Shown: in pieces, positions 46,541 through 56,503 of the stretch
Position numbering within the stretch: position 1 is the stretch's first letter
Layout of the letters: the number at the start of each line of letters is the position of its first letter
Source: Chthonomonadales bacterium
Lineage (GTDB): Bacteria > Armatimonadota > Chthonomonadetes > Chthonomonadales > CAJBBX01
Direction of reading: 5' to 3'
DNA length: 64,000 nt
Assembly (NCBI GenBank): GCA_035477595.1
Contig: DATIKM010000038.1
Coordinates: forward strand, 7,050-71,049
Made by a program: the position numbers and the translations under genes
The notes under the pieces: model-generated
What the model saw: only the letters and a program-made list of their open reading frames with translations
The model's database searches: none
What the model was told of the DNA's origin: nothing

Positions 46541-47125
46541 ATGCGAGTGGCGGTGGTGATCGGCGCCTCGCTGGCGGCGGTTGCGGGGCTGGCTGCGCTC
46601 CTGGTTCCGCGTGCTCCGGACGTGCACGACTACACCGTCGGCGACTTCTCGCGCTGGCGACCCCGGGCCGAGGACATCGCCGCGGACCTGCGCGGCCAGC
46701 CGGGCCTCTCGGAGGCCCAGCGCATGGAGCGCTTCGCGGTGCTCTTCACGCGGCGGTTCCGCGACAAGCACCTGGCGGTGAAGGTGGAGGTGACGCGCCC
46801 AGACCGGCTGAACGTGCTCTGCGCGGCATCCATACCAAGGTGGGATTCGGCGCGCATCGCCGGGGCGGCCACCGCCGAGGCGGGGCGCCTATTCGGTCGC
46901 CAGTTTGGCGCCGACATCTTCGAGAGCTACGTTACGCAACCACGGGTGAAGGTGGCCGAACTGACTCCCGGCACGCCACGCGCACGCATCGAGTTCAGCC
47001 CGGCGTTCGAGACGCTCAGGGCTCGCGAGCGCCGCGACCGTCGGCCGGCGAGCACCGTTAGCCCGTCGCCGACGCGCTCACCTCGCGACTCGGCGCCGTC
47101 GCGGCCTCCGCTCACTCCCCCGTGA
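46541..47125 (+). CDS. Hypothetical membrane-anchored protein with Pro/Ser/Arg-rich tail
   Basis: The N-terminal TM segment is MRVAVVIGASLAAVAGLAALLV. GC3 bias is strong and the residue mix is balanced (K, D, E, F, Y). I recognise no motif. Confidence 0.55.
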   Translation: MRVAVVIGASLAAVAGLAALLVPRAPDVHDYTVGDFSRWRPRAEDIAADLRGQPGLSEAQRMERFAVLFTRRFRDKHLAVKVEVTRPDRLNVLCAASIPRWDSARIAGAATAEAGRLFGRQFGADIFESYVTQPRVKVAELTPGTPRARIEFSPAFETLRARERRDRRPASTVSPSPTRSPRDSAPSRPPLTPP

Positions 47126-47312
47126 GCCGGATCGACGGCTCCCCGTCCCAGCCGATCAGACACATGCTGGCGGCCGCCGTGTGGTGCTTCCCGTAGGCCA
47201 TGAAGTGCACGATCTGGCCGTAGACGCGGATCTGCGCCTTCTCGTAGTAGGTGCCCCGATCGCGGCCGGGCTCGGTGACGCTGATCGTGCCCGTGCCCTC
47301 GATAACGACCAT
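47112..47312 (-). CDS. Hypothetical small protein (66 aa)
   Basis: ATG 47312 is preceded by GAGGAGGGG. The sequence MVVIEGTGTISVTEPGRDRGTYYEKAQIRVYGQIVHFMAYGKHHTAAASMCLIGWDGEPSIRLTGE has a non-shadow-like composition. Confidence 0.5.
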   Translation of the reverse strand: MVVIEGTGTISVTEPGRDRGTYYEKAQIRVYGQIVHFMAYGKHHTAAASMCLIGWDGEPSIRLTGE

Positions 47313-47414
47313 AGCGCTTGCCCCTCCTCGTTCCGCGCCCGGCGCACGCCGGCGCAACGCCGGCATTATATCAGCGCCAGGACCCCGCTGCAAGCGAGCC
47401 GACGCCCGTACGAC

Positions 47415-47448
47415 GGGAGGGGCCCGGCATTGGCGCCGGGCCCCCTCC
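47415..47448 (-). terminator. GC-rich stem-loop downstream of groEL
   Basis: GGGAGGGGCCCGGC (47415-47428) and GCCGGGCCCCCTCC (47435-47448) form a stem of about 13 bp with one bulged C. An adjacent 14-nt palindrome, CCTGCTGCAGCAGG, lies at 47454-47467. Both follow the groEL stop (47477) on the minus strand. There is no U-tract. Confidence 0.5.
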
Positions 47449-47476
47449 GTTCCACCTGCTGCAGCAGGCGTGGGGA

Positions 47477-49156
<1,680 letters not shown>

Positions 49157-49219
49157 CTACGCGCGGCCTGTGTCGTTCGATTGCGGCCGCGGGCGCCCGG
49201 TCGGGCGCCGACATCGGCG

Positions 49220-49507
49220 CTACTCCTTCACGGCGTAGATCTGGTCCTCATCGAGCACGACGTAGTCCTTGCCATCGAGCGTGACCTCGGTGCCGCCGTA
49301 CTTCGAGTAGATGACGGTCTGGCCGACGCTCACGGCGACCGGGATCCGCTTGCCATCCTCGAGGACGCGGCCGGGGCCGACTGCCAGGACCTTCCCCTCG
49401 CTGGGCTTCTTCTTAGCAGTGTCCGGCAGCAGGATGCCGCCAGCGGTCTTCTCTTCTTCCTCGGCCGGCTCCACGACTACCTTGGCCGCCACGGGTCGCA
49501 AGGGCAT
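49220..49507 (-). CDS. groS: Co-chaperonin GroES (10 kDa)
   Basis: [47 protein letters not shown]...[17 protein letters not shown] 49507 is preceded by GGAGGTG. The gene lies 111 nt upstream of groEL. Confidence 0.95.
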   Translation of the reverse strand: MPLRPVAAKVVVEPAEEEEKTAGGILLPDTAKKKPSEGKVLAVGPGRVLEDGKRIPVAVSVGQTVIYSKYGGTEVTLDGKDYVVLDEDQIYAVKE

Positions 49508-49553
49508 CTCGCACACCTCCGGTTGTCGGTTCCCGCCCTATGGCGGAGATCGG

Positions 49554-49580
49554 TTGGCACTCTTCATTGCCGAGTGCTAA
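49554..49580 (-). promoter_or_regulatory. CIRCE operator (HrcA binding site)
   Basis: The minus strand reads TTAGCACTC-GGCAATGAA-GAGTGCCAA, against the consensus TTAGCACTC-N9-GAGTGCTAA (1 mismatch). It lies 47 nt upstream of the groES start. Confidence 0.85.
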
Positions 49581-49583
49581 CCC

Positions 49584-49613
49584 AGCATACTGCAACGCGC
49601 CGCCGTGAGTCAA
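49584..49613 (-). promoter_or_regulatory. Sigma-70-type promoter of groES-groEL
   Basis: The minus strand reads TTGACT (49613-49608), an 18-nt spacer, then TATGCT (49589-49584). CIRCE follows immediately, which is the classical arrangement. Confidence 0.55.
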
Positions 49614-49717
49614 GACGTGTGTGGCTCCATCGCCGCGGCCCAGTGGGAACACCGCGATGGACCGATCAAGGCGATCAATCGCTTCCCCGATGCGCACGCC
49701 GAGCGTCGTCACTCGAG

Positions 49718-49751
49718 CACGAAGGGGCGCGATCGCTCGCGCCCCTTCGTG
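49718..49751 (-). terminator. Stem-loop downstream of ppdK
   Basis: CACGAAGGGGCGCGA-TCGC-TCGCGCCCCTTCGTG is a perfect 15-bp stem with a 4-nt loop. It begins 26 nt after the ppdK stop (49777) on the minus strand. There is no clear U-tract. Confidence 0.6.
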
Positions 49752-49776
49752 ACCAGCCTGTGCCGGGCGGGTGGGC

Positions 49777-52449
49777 CTACTTGTCGCGCTCCACCGTCGT
49801 CGTCGCCGCGGCCTGCGCCGCCGCCAGCCGCGCGATCGGCACGCGGAACGGCGAGCACGACACGTAGTGGAGGCCGATGTTGTGGCAGAAGGTGATCGAC
49901 GACGGGTCGCCACCGTGCTCCCCACAGATGCCGAGCTTGATGTCGGGTCTGACGGACCTTGCCAGGTCGACAGACATCTTCATCAGCTTGCCGACGCCCA
50001 CCTGGTCGAGCTGCTCGAACGGGTTGGACTCAAGGATCTTCTGGTCCACGTAGCGCTGCAGGAACTTGCTTTCGGCGTCGTCGCGGCTGAAGCCGAAGGT
50101 CGTCTGCGTGAGATCGTTGGTCCCGAAGCTGAAGAACTGGGTGTACTTGGCGATCTCGTCCGCGGTCAGAGCGGCCCGCGGGATCTCGATCATGGTCCCG
50201 AACATGTAGTCCACCGTCACGCCCTGCTCCGCCATCACCTGCTTCGCCACGCCCTCGAGCTTCTCCTGAATGAGGCTCAGCTCGTTCACGTGACTCACGA
50301 GCGGGATCATGACCTCCGGGTGAACCGGGATGCCCTTCTTCTGCAGCGCGCACGCGGCCTGGAAGATCGCGCGGACCTGCATCTCCACGATCTGTGGGAA
50401 CACGATCGAGAGGCGGCAGCCACGCATGCCCAGCATCGGGTTCACTTCGCGCATTGCACCGATGGCGGCCAGCAGGGACTCCTGCTTCTCGAGCAGCTCG
50501 TAGGACGGCGAACCGGGCGCCACGCCGCGCGCCTTCAGGTCGACGACGCGGGCCAGAACCTCTTCGTACCTGGGCAGGAACTCGTGCAGCGGCGGGTCGA
50601 TGAGGCGGATCGTGACCGGCCTGCCCTGCATGGCCTCGAAGATGCCCTCGAAGTCCGTCTGCTGCACCGGCAGCAGCTTGTCGAGGGCTGACTGGCGGTC
50701 CGCGTCCGTGCTGGCGAGGATCATGTCCTGCACGATCGGCAGCCGGTCGCGCTCGAAGAACATGTGCTCGGTCCGGCAGAGCCCGATGCCCTCTGCGCCG
50801 TACTCGAACGCCTTTGCCGCATCGTTGGGGTTGTCCGCGTTGGCGCGGACGCCCAGCGTGCGAATGCCGTCCGCCCAGCCGAGGAGCGTCTCGAACTCGG
50901 GGGTGATCTCGGGTTCGATGAGCTGCGCCTGGCCGAGGATGACGCGCCCCGTGGAGCCGTCGATCGAGATCCAGTCGCCCTCGCTCACCGTTACGTCGCC
51001 GGCGGTGAACGTGCGAGCGTGCTCGTTGATGACGATGGCCTCGCAGCCCGCCACACAGGGCAGCCCGAAGCCGCGCGCCACGACCGCTGCGTGGGAGGTC
51101 ATGCCGCCGCGCGCCGTCAGGATCCCCTTACTCACGACCATGCCGCGGATGTCGTCCGGGTTCGTCTCGGGGCGCACGAGGATCATGGGCGTCTCAGCGC
51201 CGATGCGGGCTGCGTCGTGCGAATCGAAGACGGCCTTGCCCACGGCTGCGCCGGGCGAGGCGGCCAGGCCCTTGGCAATCGCCTGCACCTTGGCCTTCGG
51301 GTCGACCATCGGGTGCAGGAGCTGGTCGAGGTCCTCTGGCCTCACGCGCTGGACGGCCTCTTCCTTGGTGATGAGGCCCTCGTTCACCATCTCGACTGCG
51401 ATGCGGACCGCGGCGCCTGCCGTCCGCTTGCCGACGCGGCACTGCAGGATGAAGAGCTTGTTGTTCTCGATGGTGAACTCGAGGTCCATCGAGTCGCGGT
51501 AGTGGTTCTCAAGGAGCGTGGCGACCTTGTCGAACTCGGCGTAGATCTCGGGCTTCTGCTTCTTGAGCTCCGAGATCGGCACGGGGGTGCGCAGGCCGGC
51601 GACGACGTCTTCGCCCTGCGCATTCATCAGGTACTCGCCGTACATCACCTTCTCGCCCGTCGCCATGTCGCGGGTGAAGGCGACGCCGGTGCCAGAGTCT
51701 TCGCCCATGTTGCCGAAGACCATGCACTGGACGTTGACGGCGGTGCCGAGATCGTGGGAGATCTTCTCGCGCTCCCGGTAAATCCTGGCGCGGTCGTTGT
51801 TCCACGAGCGGAAAACGGCCTCGATGGCGAGGGTGAGCTGCTCGATCGGCTCGTCCGGGAACGGCCTGCCCGTCTCCTTCTCCGAGAGCGCGAGGAACTC
51901 GTCGCAGATCACCTTGAGGACCGGGGCGGGAACGTCGGTGTCGAGCTTGACGCCCAGCTCCTCCTTGTGAGCGTCGAACACGTCCTCGAACTTGCGCCGC
52001 GGCACGTCCAGCACGATGTCGCTGAACATCATGATCAACCGACGGTGCGCGTCGTAGACGAAGCGCTCATTGCCGGTCTGCCTGATGAGGCCATCGCGCG
52101 ACTTCGAGGTGAGACCGAGGTTCAGCACGGTGTCCATCATGCCGGGCATGGAGAACTTCGCGCCGGACCGAACCGAGACCAGCAGCGGGTTGGCCGGGTC
52201 GCCGAGCGTCTTGCCCATCTCCGCCTCGACCGCGGCCAGGGCGCCCTTCACTTCGTCCATCAGACCGTCGGGCATGCGGCCGCCGGCGGCGGAGTACTCG
52301 TTGCAGGCTGCCGTCGTGATGGTGAAGCCCGGCGGCACCACGAGGCCGATGTTCGTCATCTCGGCGAGGTTGGCCCCCTTGCCGCCCAGCAGGTCTTTCA
52401 TCGCCGCGTTGCCCTCCCTGAAGAGGTAAACGCGCTTGGGACTGCCCAT
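49777..52449 (-). CDS. ppdK: Pyruvate, phosphate dikinase
   Basis: ATG 52449 follows AGGAGGAG. The N-terminal block is VYLFREGNAAMKDLLGGKGANLAEM. The phosphohistidine region is GILTARGGMTSHAAVVARG. The PEP/pyruvate domain has GIGLCRTEHMFF, FSFGTNDLTQ and LGICGEHGGDP. Length is 890 aa. Confidence 0.97.
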   Translation of the reverse strand: MGSPKRVYLFREGNAAMKDLLGGKGANLAEMTNIGLVVPPGFTITTAACNEYSAAGGRMPDGLMDEVKGALAAVEAEMGKTLGDPANPLLVSVRSGAKFSMPGMMDTVLNLGLTSKSRDGLIRQTGNERFVYDAHRRLIMMFSDIVLDVPRRKFEDVFDAHKEELGVKLDTDVPAPVLKVICDEFLALSEKETGRPFPDEPIEQLTLAIEAVFRSWNNDRARIYREREKISHDLGTAVNVQCMVFGNMGEDSGTGVAFTRDMATGEKVMYGEYLMNAQGEDVVAGLRTPVPISELKKQKPEIYAEFDKVATLLENHYRDSMDLEFTIENNKLFILQCRVGKRTAGAAVRIAVEMVNEGLITKEEAVQRVRPEDLDQLLHPMVDPKAKVQAIAKGLAASPGAAVGKAVFDSHDAARIGAETPMILVRPETNPDDIRGMVVSKGILTARGGMTSHAAVVARGFGLPCVAGCEAIVINEHARTFTAGDVTVSEGDWISIDGSTGRVILGQAQLIEPEITPEFETLLGWADGIRTLGVRANADNPNDAAKAFEYGAEGIGLCRTEHMFFERDRLPIVQDMILASTDADRQSALDKLLPVQQTDFEGIFEAMQGRPVTIRLIDPPLHEFLPRYEEVLARVVDLKARGVAPGSPSYELLEKQESLLAAIGAMREVNPMLGMRGCRLSIVFPQIVEMQVRAIFQAACALQKKGIPVHPEVMIPLVSHVNELSLIQEKLEGVAKQVMAEQGVTVDYMFGTMIEIPRAALTADEIAKYTQFFSFGTNDLTQTTFGFSRDDAESKFLQRYVDQKILESNPFEQLDQVGVGKLMKMSVDLARSVRPDIKLGICGEHGGDPSSITFCHNIGLHYVSCSPFRVPIARLAAAQAAATTTVERDK

Positions 52450-52770
52450 TCCTGGCTCCTCCTGAGTTGTGTGACGTCCGATGGTGGACGGGTCAATATG
52501 GCGTCTCATTGTACCCGCTGGCCGCCCGCTTCCCGCCGGTCGGAGGAGAGGCAGGCGGTGCCGCACACTGGGCAGGGACGCAGCCCTGGTTGGGTTGGGT
52601 GCTCCCGCTCGAAAGGGAGGCAGGGCCTTGCAGGCAGGTCGGACGAGCTTCAGAGCGCGCAGCGACGGGCTCCGGAGCCGCACCGGGGGATGGTGTGGCT
52701 CAGGAGCCCGTGGTGGGCGGCCGGGCGCACCGTGCCGCGGCCGTGAGAGATGTCGTCGAGTGGTGTTCGG

Positions 52771-53025
52771 TCATGCCGCCTGAGCGGCGGCGGCTGCCTC
52801 CAGAGAGTAGACGGGCTCCAGACCCCCATCCGACGACACCGCGCACACCCTGAGGATGCGGTCCAACCGCACGTCCTCTGTGTCGGTGACCATGTAGCCA
52901 CCGTAAAGCGCGACGAACGTCACGCTGTGGACCCGCGACACCACCTGCTGCTCCATGCCCTTGCGGTCCAGCCAGGAGACGGAGCACAGCCGCCCCACAA
53001 GCTTCTTGGCATCTGAGATGGACAA
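52771..53025 (-). CDS. Hypothetical small protein (84 aa)
   Basis: The TTG start at 53025 lies 9 nt after a strong AAGGAGG. The sequence is (M)SISDAKKLVGRLCSVSWLDRKGMEQQVVSRVHSVTFVALYGGYMVTDTEDVRLDRILRV... The composition is globular and GC3 is high. Confidence 0.5.
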   Translation of the reverse strand: MSISDAKKLVGRLCSVSWLDRKGMEQQVVSRVHSVTFVALYGGYMVTDTEDVRLDRILRVCAVSSDGGLEPVYSLEAAAAAQAA

Positions 53026-53233
53026 CGTAGCCGGCCTCCTTCTATACTCCAAGCCAAGCCAGCAACTCCGCGAGCGCAGGCGTCGACGGGCACGCCACGG
53101 TCCTCGCCATGCCCCGGGGCGACTCCGTTCCCTGGCAGGGCGTGCTCCCTGTAGGTCTGCTCGGGGAGCTCCCCTCGCCGTGCGTCTGGCTGGTAGGCCA
53201 TGTGGTCTTTCCATCCCGTCGGGAGGCGGGCGC

Positions 53234-54382
53234 TTGGTACGATTGCGGGGAACGTCCTGTGCACCCGGCGTGGCGCTCGCCACAGCCTGCGTGCTGCGTC
53301 CGCCGGACCTGCGGGCTGTGTTGCCGCGCGGGCTCGCGGAGGCGCTGGAGCGGGCCAGGCGCGGCGTCGCAGGGGAGCCGATCGAGGTGCTGCTCGTTGC
53401 CCCGCGCTGGTCCGACGTGACGGGCCTCCGCATCGCCGGGGCGCGTGTAGCGGCCATGGCGGTCGAAGAGCCGCTACCGCCCGCGGTCGCGCTCGACGTT
53501 CCGGCGCTTGGCGGCGTGGAGCGGCTGCTGGATTCGGTGCGTCAGGACGACCTTGTGCTGTTGGACGCCGGCCGTGGCATCCTCATCGGCGACCCGGATG
53601 GCGCCACGCTGGCTGCATACCAGGCAGCGCTCTCGGGTAGCGAGCCCCGACGGCGGTTCCACCTGGAGCGGCAGCACCTCGTCGCACGGACGCTGGACGG
53701 CCGCGAGGTGCGTGTGCAGGCGCTGGGCCGCGAGATGGGAGACCTGGCGGAGGCCGTCGAAGCGGGCGCTGACTCGTTGGTGCTCGTGGCGGGCCACGAG
53801 CTGCTGTCAGCCGATGTGGAGGATGACGCGCAGGCGCAGACCCTCCTGTGGGTGGCGCGCGAGGCGGCCGGCAAGCCGCTCGTCGTGCTTGGCGACCTCT
53901 CCAGCGTCGCGACGAGCGCGCTGTTCGCCGCGGCCGGCGTCGCCGAGCTCACGCTCGCCCTCCCGCTCGCTGCGGGCGACGAGGGCTTCGCGGACGCCAT
54001 GGCCTATCTCCGCGAGGCTGCCGCCGAGGTTGGCTTCGCGGGCGATGTGCCACTCGCGGGGTGGTGCGCCTTTGGCGACCCGTACGCTCGGGCTCTTGAG
54101 GCCACGCCGCTCATGCGCATCGTAGTCGTCGAGGCAGACCGGGACGGCATGCGGTCCCGGTCGGGGTCGCACTGGCTGGACGCCCTTGCGTGGGAAGCGC
54201 GGCGGCTGGGCGTGCCCGTGGAGATCGAGATCCCCGAGGGCGCCACGGACCTGATCGGCCATGTCCTCGCGCTCGGCGCCTCCGGCCTGGTGGTGACCCC
54301 CGATCGGGTGGCCTCGGTCAAGGCGGCGATCGGGCAGATCGATGTGGAAGAGCGTCGTTTCGTGCTGGAGGACGGCGCCTGA
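53234..54382 (+). CDS. PEP-utilising Enzyme I (PtsI)-like protein lacking catalytic His and HPr-binding subdomain (putative pseudoenzyme)
   Basis: I propose the TTG start at 53234, 7 nt after GGGAGG. It is collinear with PtsI: LRGTSCAPGVALATACVL (compare ISGILASPGIAFGKALLL); IEVLLVAPRWSDVTGL...VAAMAVEEPLPPAVALDVPALGGV...LVLLDAGRGILIGDPD (mobile domain, with the GGxTSH His motif absent); TLDGREVRVQALG...AVEAGADSLVLVAGHELL (compare TLDGhqVev.ANiG...GAeGvGLyRTEFLF, with R-T-E missing). Confidence 0.5.
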   Translation: MVRLRGTSCAPGVALATACVLRPPDLRAVLPRGLAEALERARRGVAGEPIEVLLVAPRWSDVTGLRIAGARVAAMAVEEPLPPAVALDVPALGGVERLLDSVRQDDLVLLDAGRGILIGDPDGATLAAYQAALSGSEPRRRFHLERQHLVARTLDGREVRVQALGREMGDLAEAVEAGADSLVLVAGHELLSADVEDDAQAQTLLWVAREAAGKPLVVLGDLSSVATSALFAAAGVAELTLALPLAAGDEGFADAMAYLREAAAEVGFAGDVPLAGWCAFGDPYARALEATPLMRIVVVEADRDGMRSRSGSHWLDALAWEARRLGVPVEIEIPEGATDLIGHVLALGASGLVVTPDRVASVKAAIGQIDVEERRFVLEDGA

Positions 54383-54406
54383 GATGCGGCGGTGTAAGGA
54401 GAGAGC

Positions 54407-55354
54407 GTGAGCGATCCGGTCATCGAGACCGAGGGGCTCGTCAAGCGTTACAATGGGGTTACAGCGCTCGACGAGGTGGGCTTCAGCGTGGGCGCGGGCG
54501 AGGCGTTCGCGCTGGTCGGACCCAACGGCGCCGGCAAGACGACTCTCCTGCGGCTTCTCACGCACATCCTGACGCCGGACGCCGGAGTGCTTCGGCTCTT
54601 CGGGGAGGAGCGCCTCAGGAGAGTGCTCGGGCGCGTGGGCTACATGCCCGAGGAGCGCGGGCTCTACAAGACACTGACGCCGATGGAGTGCGTCACGTTC
54701 TTCGCGCGGCTCAAGGGTCTCGGCGCCGAGGCGGCGGCACGCGGCGCTCGCGCGGCCCTCGATGCGGTTGGCATGCTCGGCCACGCGCGCAGGCGCATGG
54801 AGGAGCTCTCCAAGGGGATGGCGCAGCGGGTGCAGTTCGCGGCCACGATGGCCCACGGGCCGGATCTCCTCATTCTGGACGAGCCGTTCAGCGGCCTCGA
54901 TCCGGTGAGCGCGCGGGCCATGCAGGAGCAGATCCGGCGGCTTCGGGGCGAGGGGCGGACGGTGCTGCTCTCCACCCACAACATGGAGCACGCGGAGAAG
55001 CTGTGCGACCGGCTACTGATGGTGTACCGGGGCCGAGTCTGCCTCTACGGCTCGCTGCACGACATTCGTGCGCGCTTCTCGGACGAGGCGCTTCTCGTGG
55101 AGTGCGCAAGCCCGGTGCCGCCGACTGCCGCCGCGCGCATGGAGCTCGACGGCGAGTTCCGCGCGCGCCTGTACCCGTGCGAGGGAATGCGGCGCCGCGA
55201 CGTGCTGGAGGCACTGGTGGCGGCAGGGGCGGACGTGCTGCGCTTCGAGCCGGCAGTTCCCACGCTCGAGGACATCTTCGTGCGCGTCGCGGGCGCCGAG
55301 GCCGCGGAGGCCATCCGCGCCACTCGCGCCGCCAACGAAGCCACCGTGTTATGA
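54407..55354 (+). CDS. ABC transporter ATP-binding protein (ABC-2/NatA-like, with C-terminal DUF4162-like domain)
   Basis: GTG 54407 follows AAGGAGAGAG. Walker A is GPNGAGKTTLL. The signature is LSKGMAQRV. Walker B is LLILDEPFSGLD. The H-loop is LSTHNM. Confidence 0.9.
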   Translation: MSDPVIETEGLVKRYNGVTALDEVGFSVGAGEAFALVGPNGAGKTTLLRLLTHILTPDAGVLRLFGEERLRRVLGRVGYMPEERGLYKTLTPMECVTFFARLKGLGAEAAARGARAALDAVGMLGHARRRMEELSKGMAQRVQFAATMAHGPDLLILDEPFSGLDPVSARAMQEQIRRLRGEGRTVLLSTHNMEHAEKLCDRLLMVYRGRVCLYGSLHDIRARFSDEALLVECASPVPPTAAARMELDGEFRARLYPCEGMRRRDVLEALVAAGADVLRFEPAVPTLEDIFVRVAGAEAAEAIRATRAANEATVL

Positions 55355-55507
55355 GCTTGGAATGGTCGACATGGTGCTAGACGCGGTACGTCGCGGCGGC
55401 AGAGGATGGATCGCCGTTCTGCTCGGGGCGCCGCTTGCCCCGGCCGCGGCGCACACCGGGGCAGAGCCGGTCCTCGCGCTGCGCCGCGGCGGCACGGCGC
55501 GACGCCG

Positions 55508-56503
55508 ATGAGCGCGGAAACGGAGGTCATCGACCGGCTTGATCGCCGCGCGCACCGGCTCTGCCAGCGTCTGCGGCCGCGCGCCTCCGCGAGGCGTCTG
55601 CTCGACGGTCCGCGCGACGGGCGTCCGGCCGCTCTGGATGATGCGGCATTGTTGCTCCGGCTGCGCCAGGCGAGGCGGTGGCGCGAGACGGCTGCCACCG
55701 CCTGGGCGCTGGGGCAGCCCGAGCTCTCCTCCGCGTACGGAGTGGAGGCCTCCCGGTGGCTGGCGCAACTGGCGCTCAGCAAGTGCTGGGAGGACACCGG
55801 GGTGCGGCTGGCCGCCGCGAGCCTGGTGGCATCCGTCGCCGGCTGCATCATCCTGGGCATGGGCCTGTCGTTCGGCGCGTGGTTCTCCGTGTTCCTGCTC
55901 TGCGTCATCGCTCTGTGGCCAGTCTATGCGGCGCTGGACGACGCGCGGTTCAGCTTCACGCGCGCGGTCGCCGTCGTGGCGCTGAGCCGCATCGGCGAGC
56001 CGGACACCGCTCACGTGGTTGCACGCGCCACCACAGACACCCTGAAGGGCAACCAGACCCTGGGCAGCGGCCTCGTGCGCCGCGCCGCCGCGGCGGCGCT
56101 CCCCAGCGCCCTACGGCGACTGACCGACCAGCACTACGGCGCCGTGCCGGCGGCGCTACCGGCCGCGCTCGGGGCGGCACTAAACTCCGGCGACCGAAGC
56201 GTGCAACTCGCCGCCCTGAAGGGCCTGGCGCATGTCGGGCGCGGGGTTGATGCCGCGGCGGTGCGGCGGTTTGCCTCCCGTGCGCCGGAAGGCGAGGCGC
56301 GCGAGGCCGCGGAATGCACACTCGCCGTGCTCGAGGAGCGGCTGAGGCTGGAACAGGACTCTCAGTCGCTCCTGCGCGCCGGCGAGGCGCCGCGCGACGA
56401 CGGCCTGCTTCTGCGCATGGCGGGCGTCCCCGCGGACCAGCAGCAGCGGCTCCTGACGCCTGCGGGCGAGCCAGGTGACACGGAGGAGGTAGGCAGGGCA
56501 TGA
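55508..56503 (+). CDS. Hypothetical membrane protein with HEAT-like C-terminal repeats
   Basis: Two adjacent TM segments are present (LAAASLVASVAGCIILGMGL, FGAWFSVFLLCVIALWPVYAAL). Ala/Leu-rich repeats follow (ALSRIGEPDTAHV, AALKGLAHVGRG). Its stop overlaps the start of the ABC-2 permease (ATGA). The start is uncertain. Confidence 0.5.
   Translation: MSAETEVIDRLDRRAHRLCQRLRPRASARRLLDGPRDGRPAALDDAALLLRLRQARRWRETAATAWALGQPELSSAYGVEASRWLAQLALSKCWEDTGVRLAAASLVASVAGCIILGMGLSFGAWFSVFLLCVIALWPVYAALDDARFSFTRAVAVVALSRIGEPDTAHVVARATTDTLKGNQTLGSGLVRRAAAAALPSALRRLTDQHYGAVPAALPAALGAALNSGDRSVQLAALKGLAHVGRGVDAAAVRRFASRAPEGEAREAAECTLAVLEERLRLEQDSQSLLRAGEAPRDDGLLLRMAGVPADQQQRLLTPAGEPGDTEEVGRA

Noticed and set aside
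50764-52746. 660-aa plus-strand ORF (and 49771-50691, 50600-51502)
   Set aside because: These are antisense or alternative frames of ppdK, which is unambiguous.
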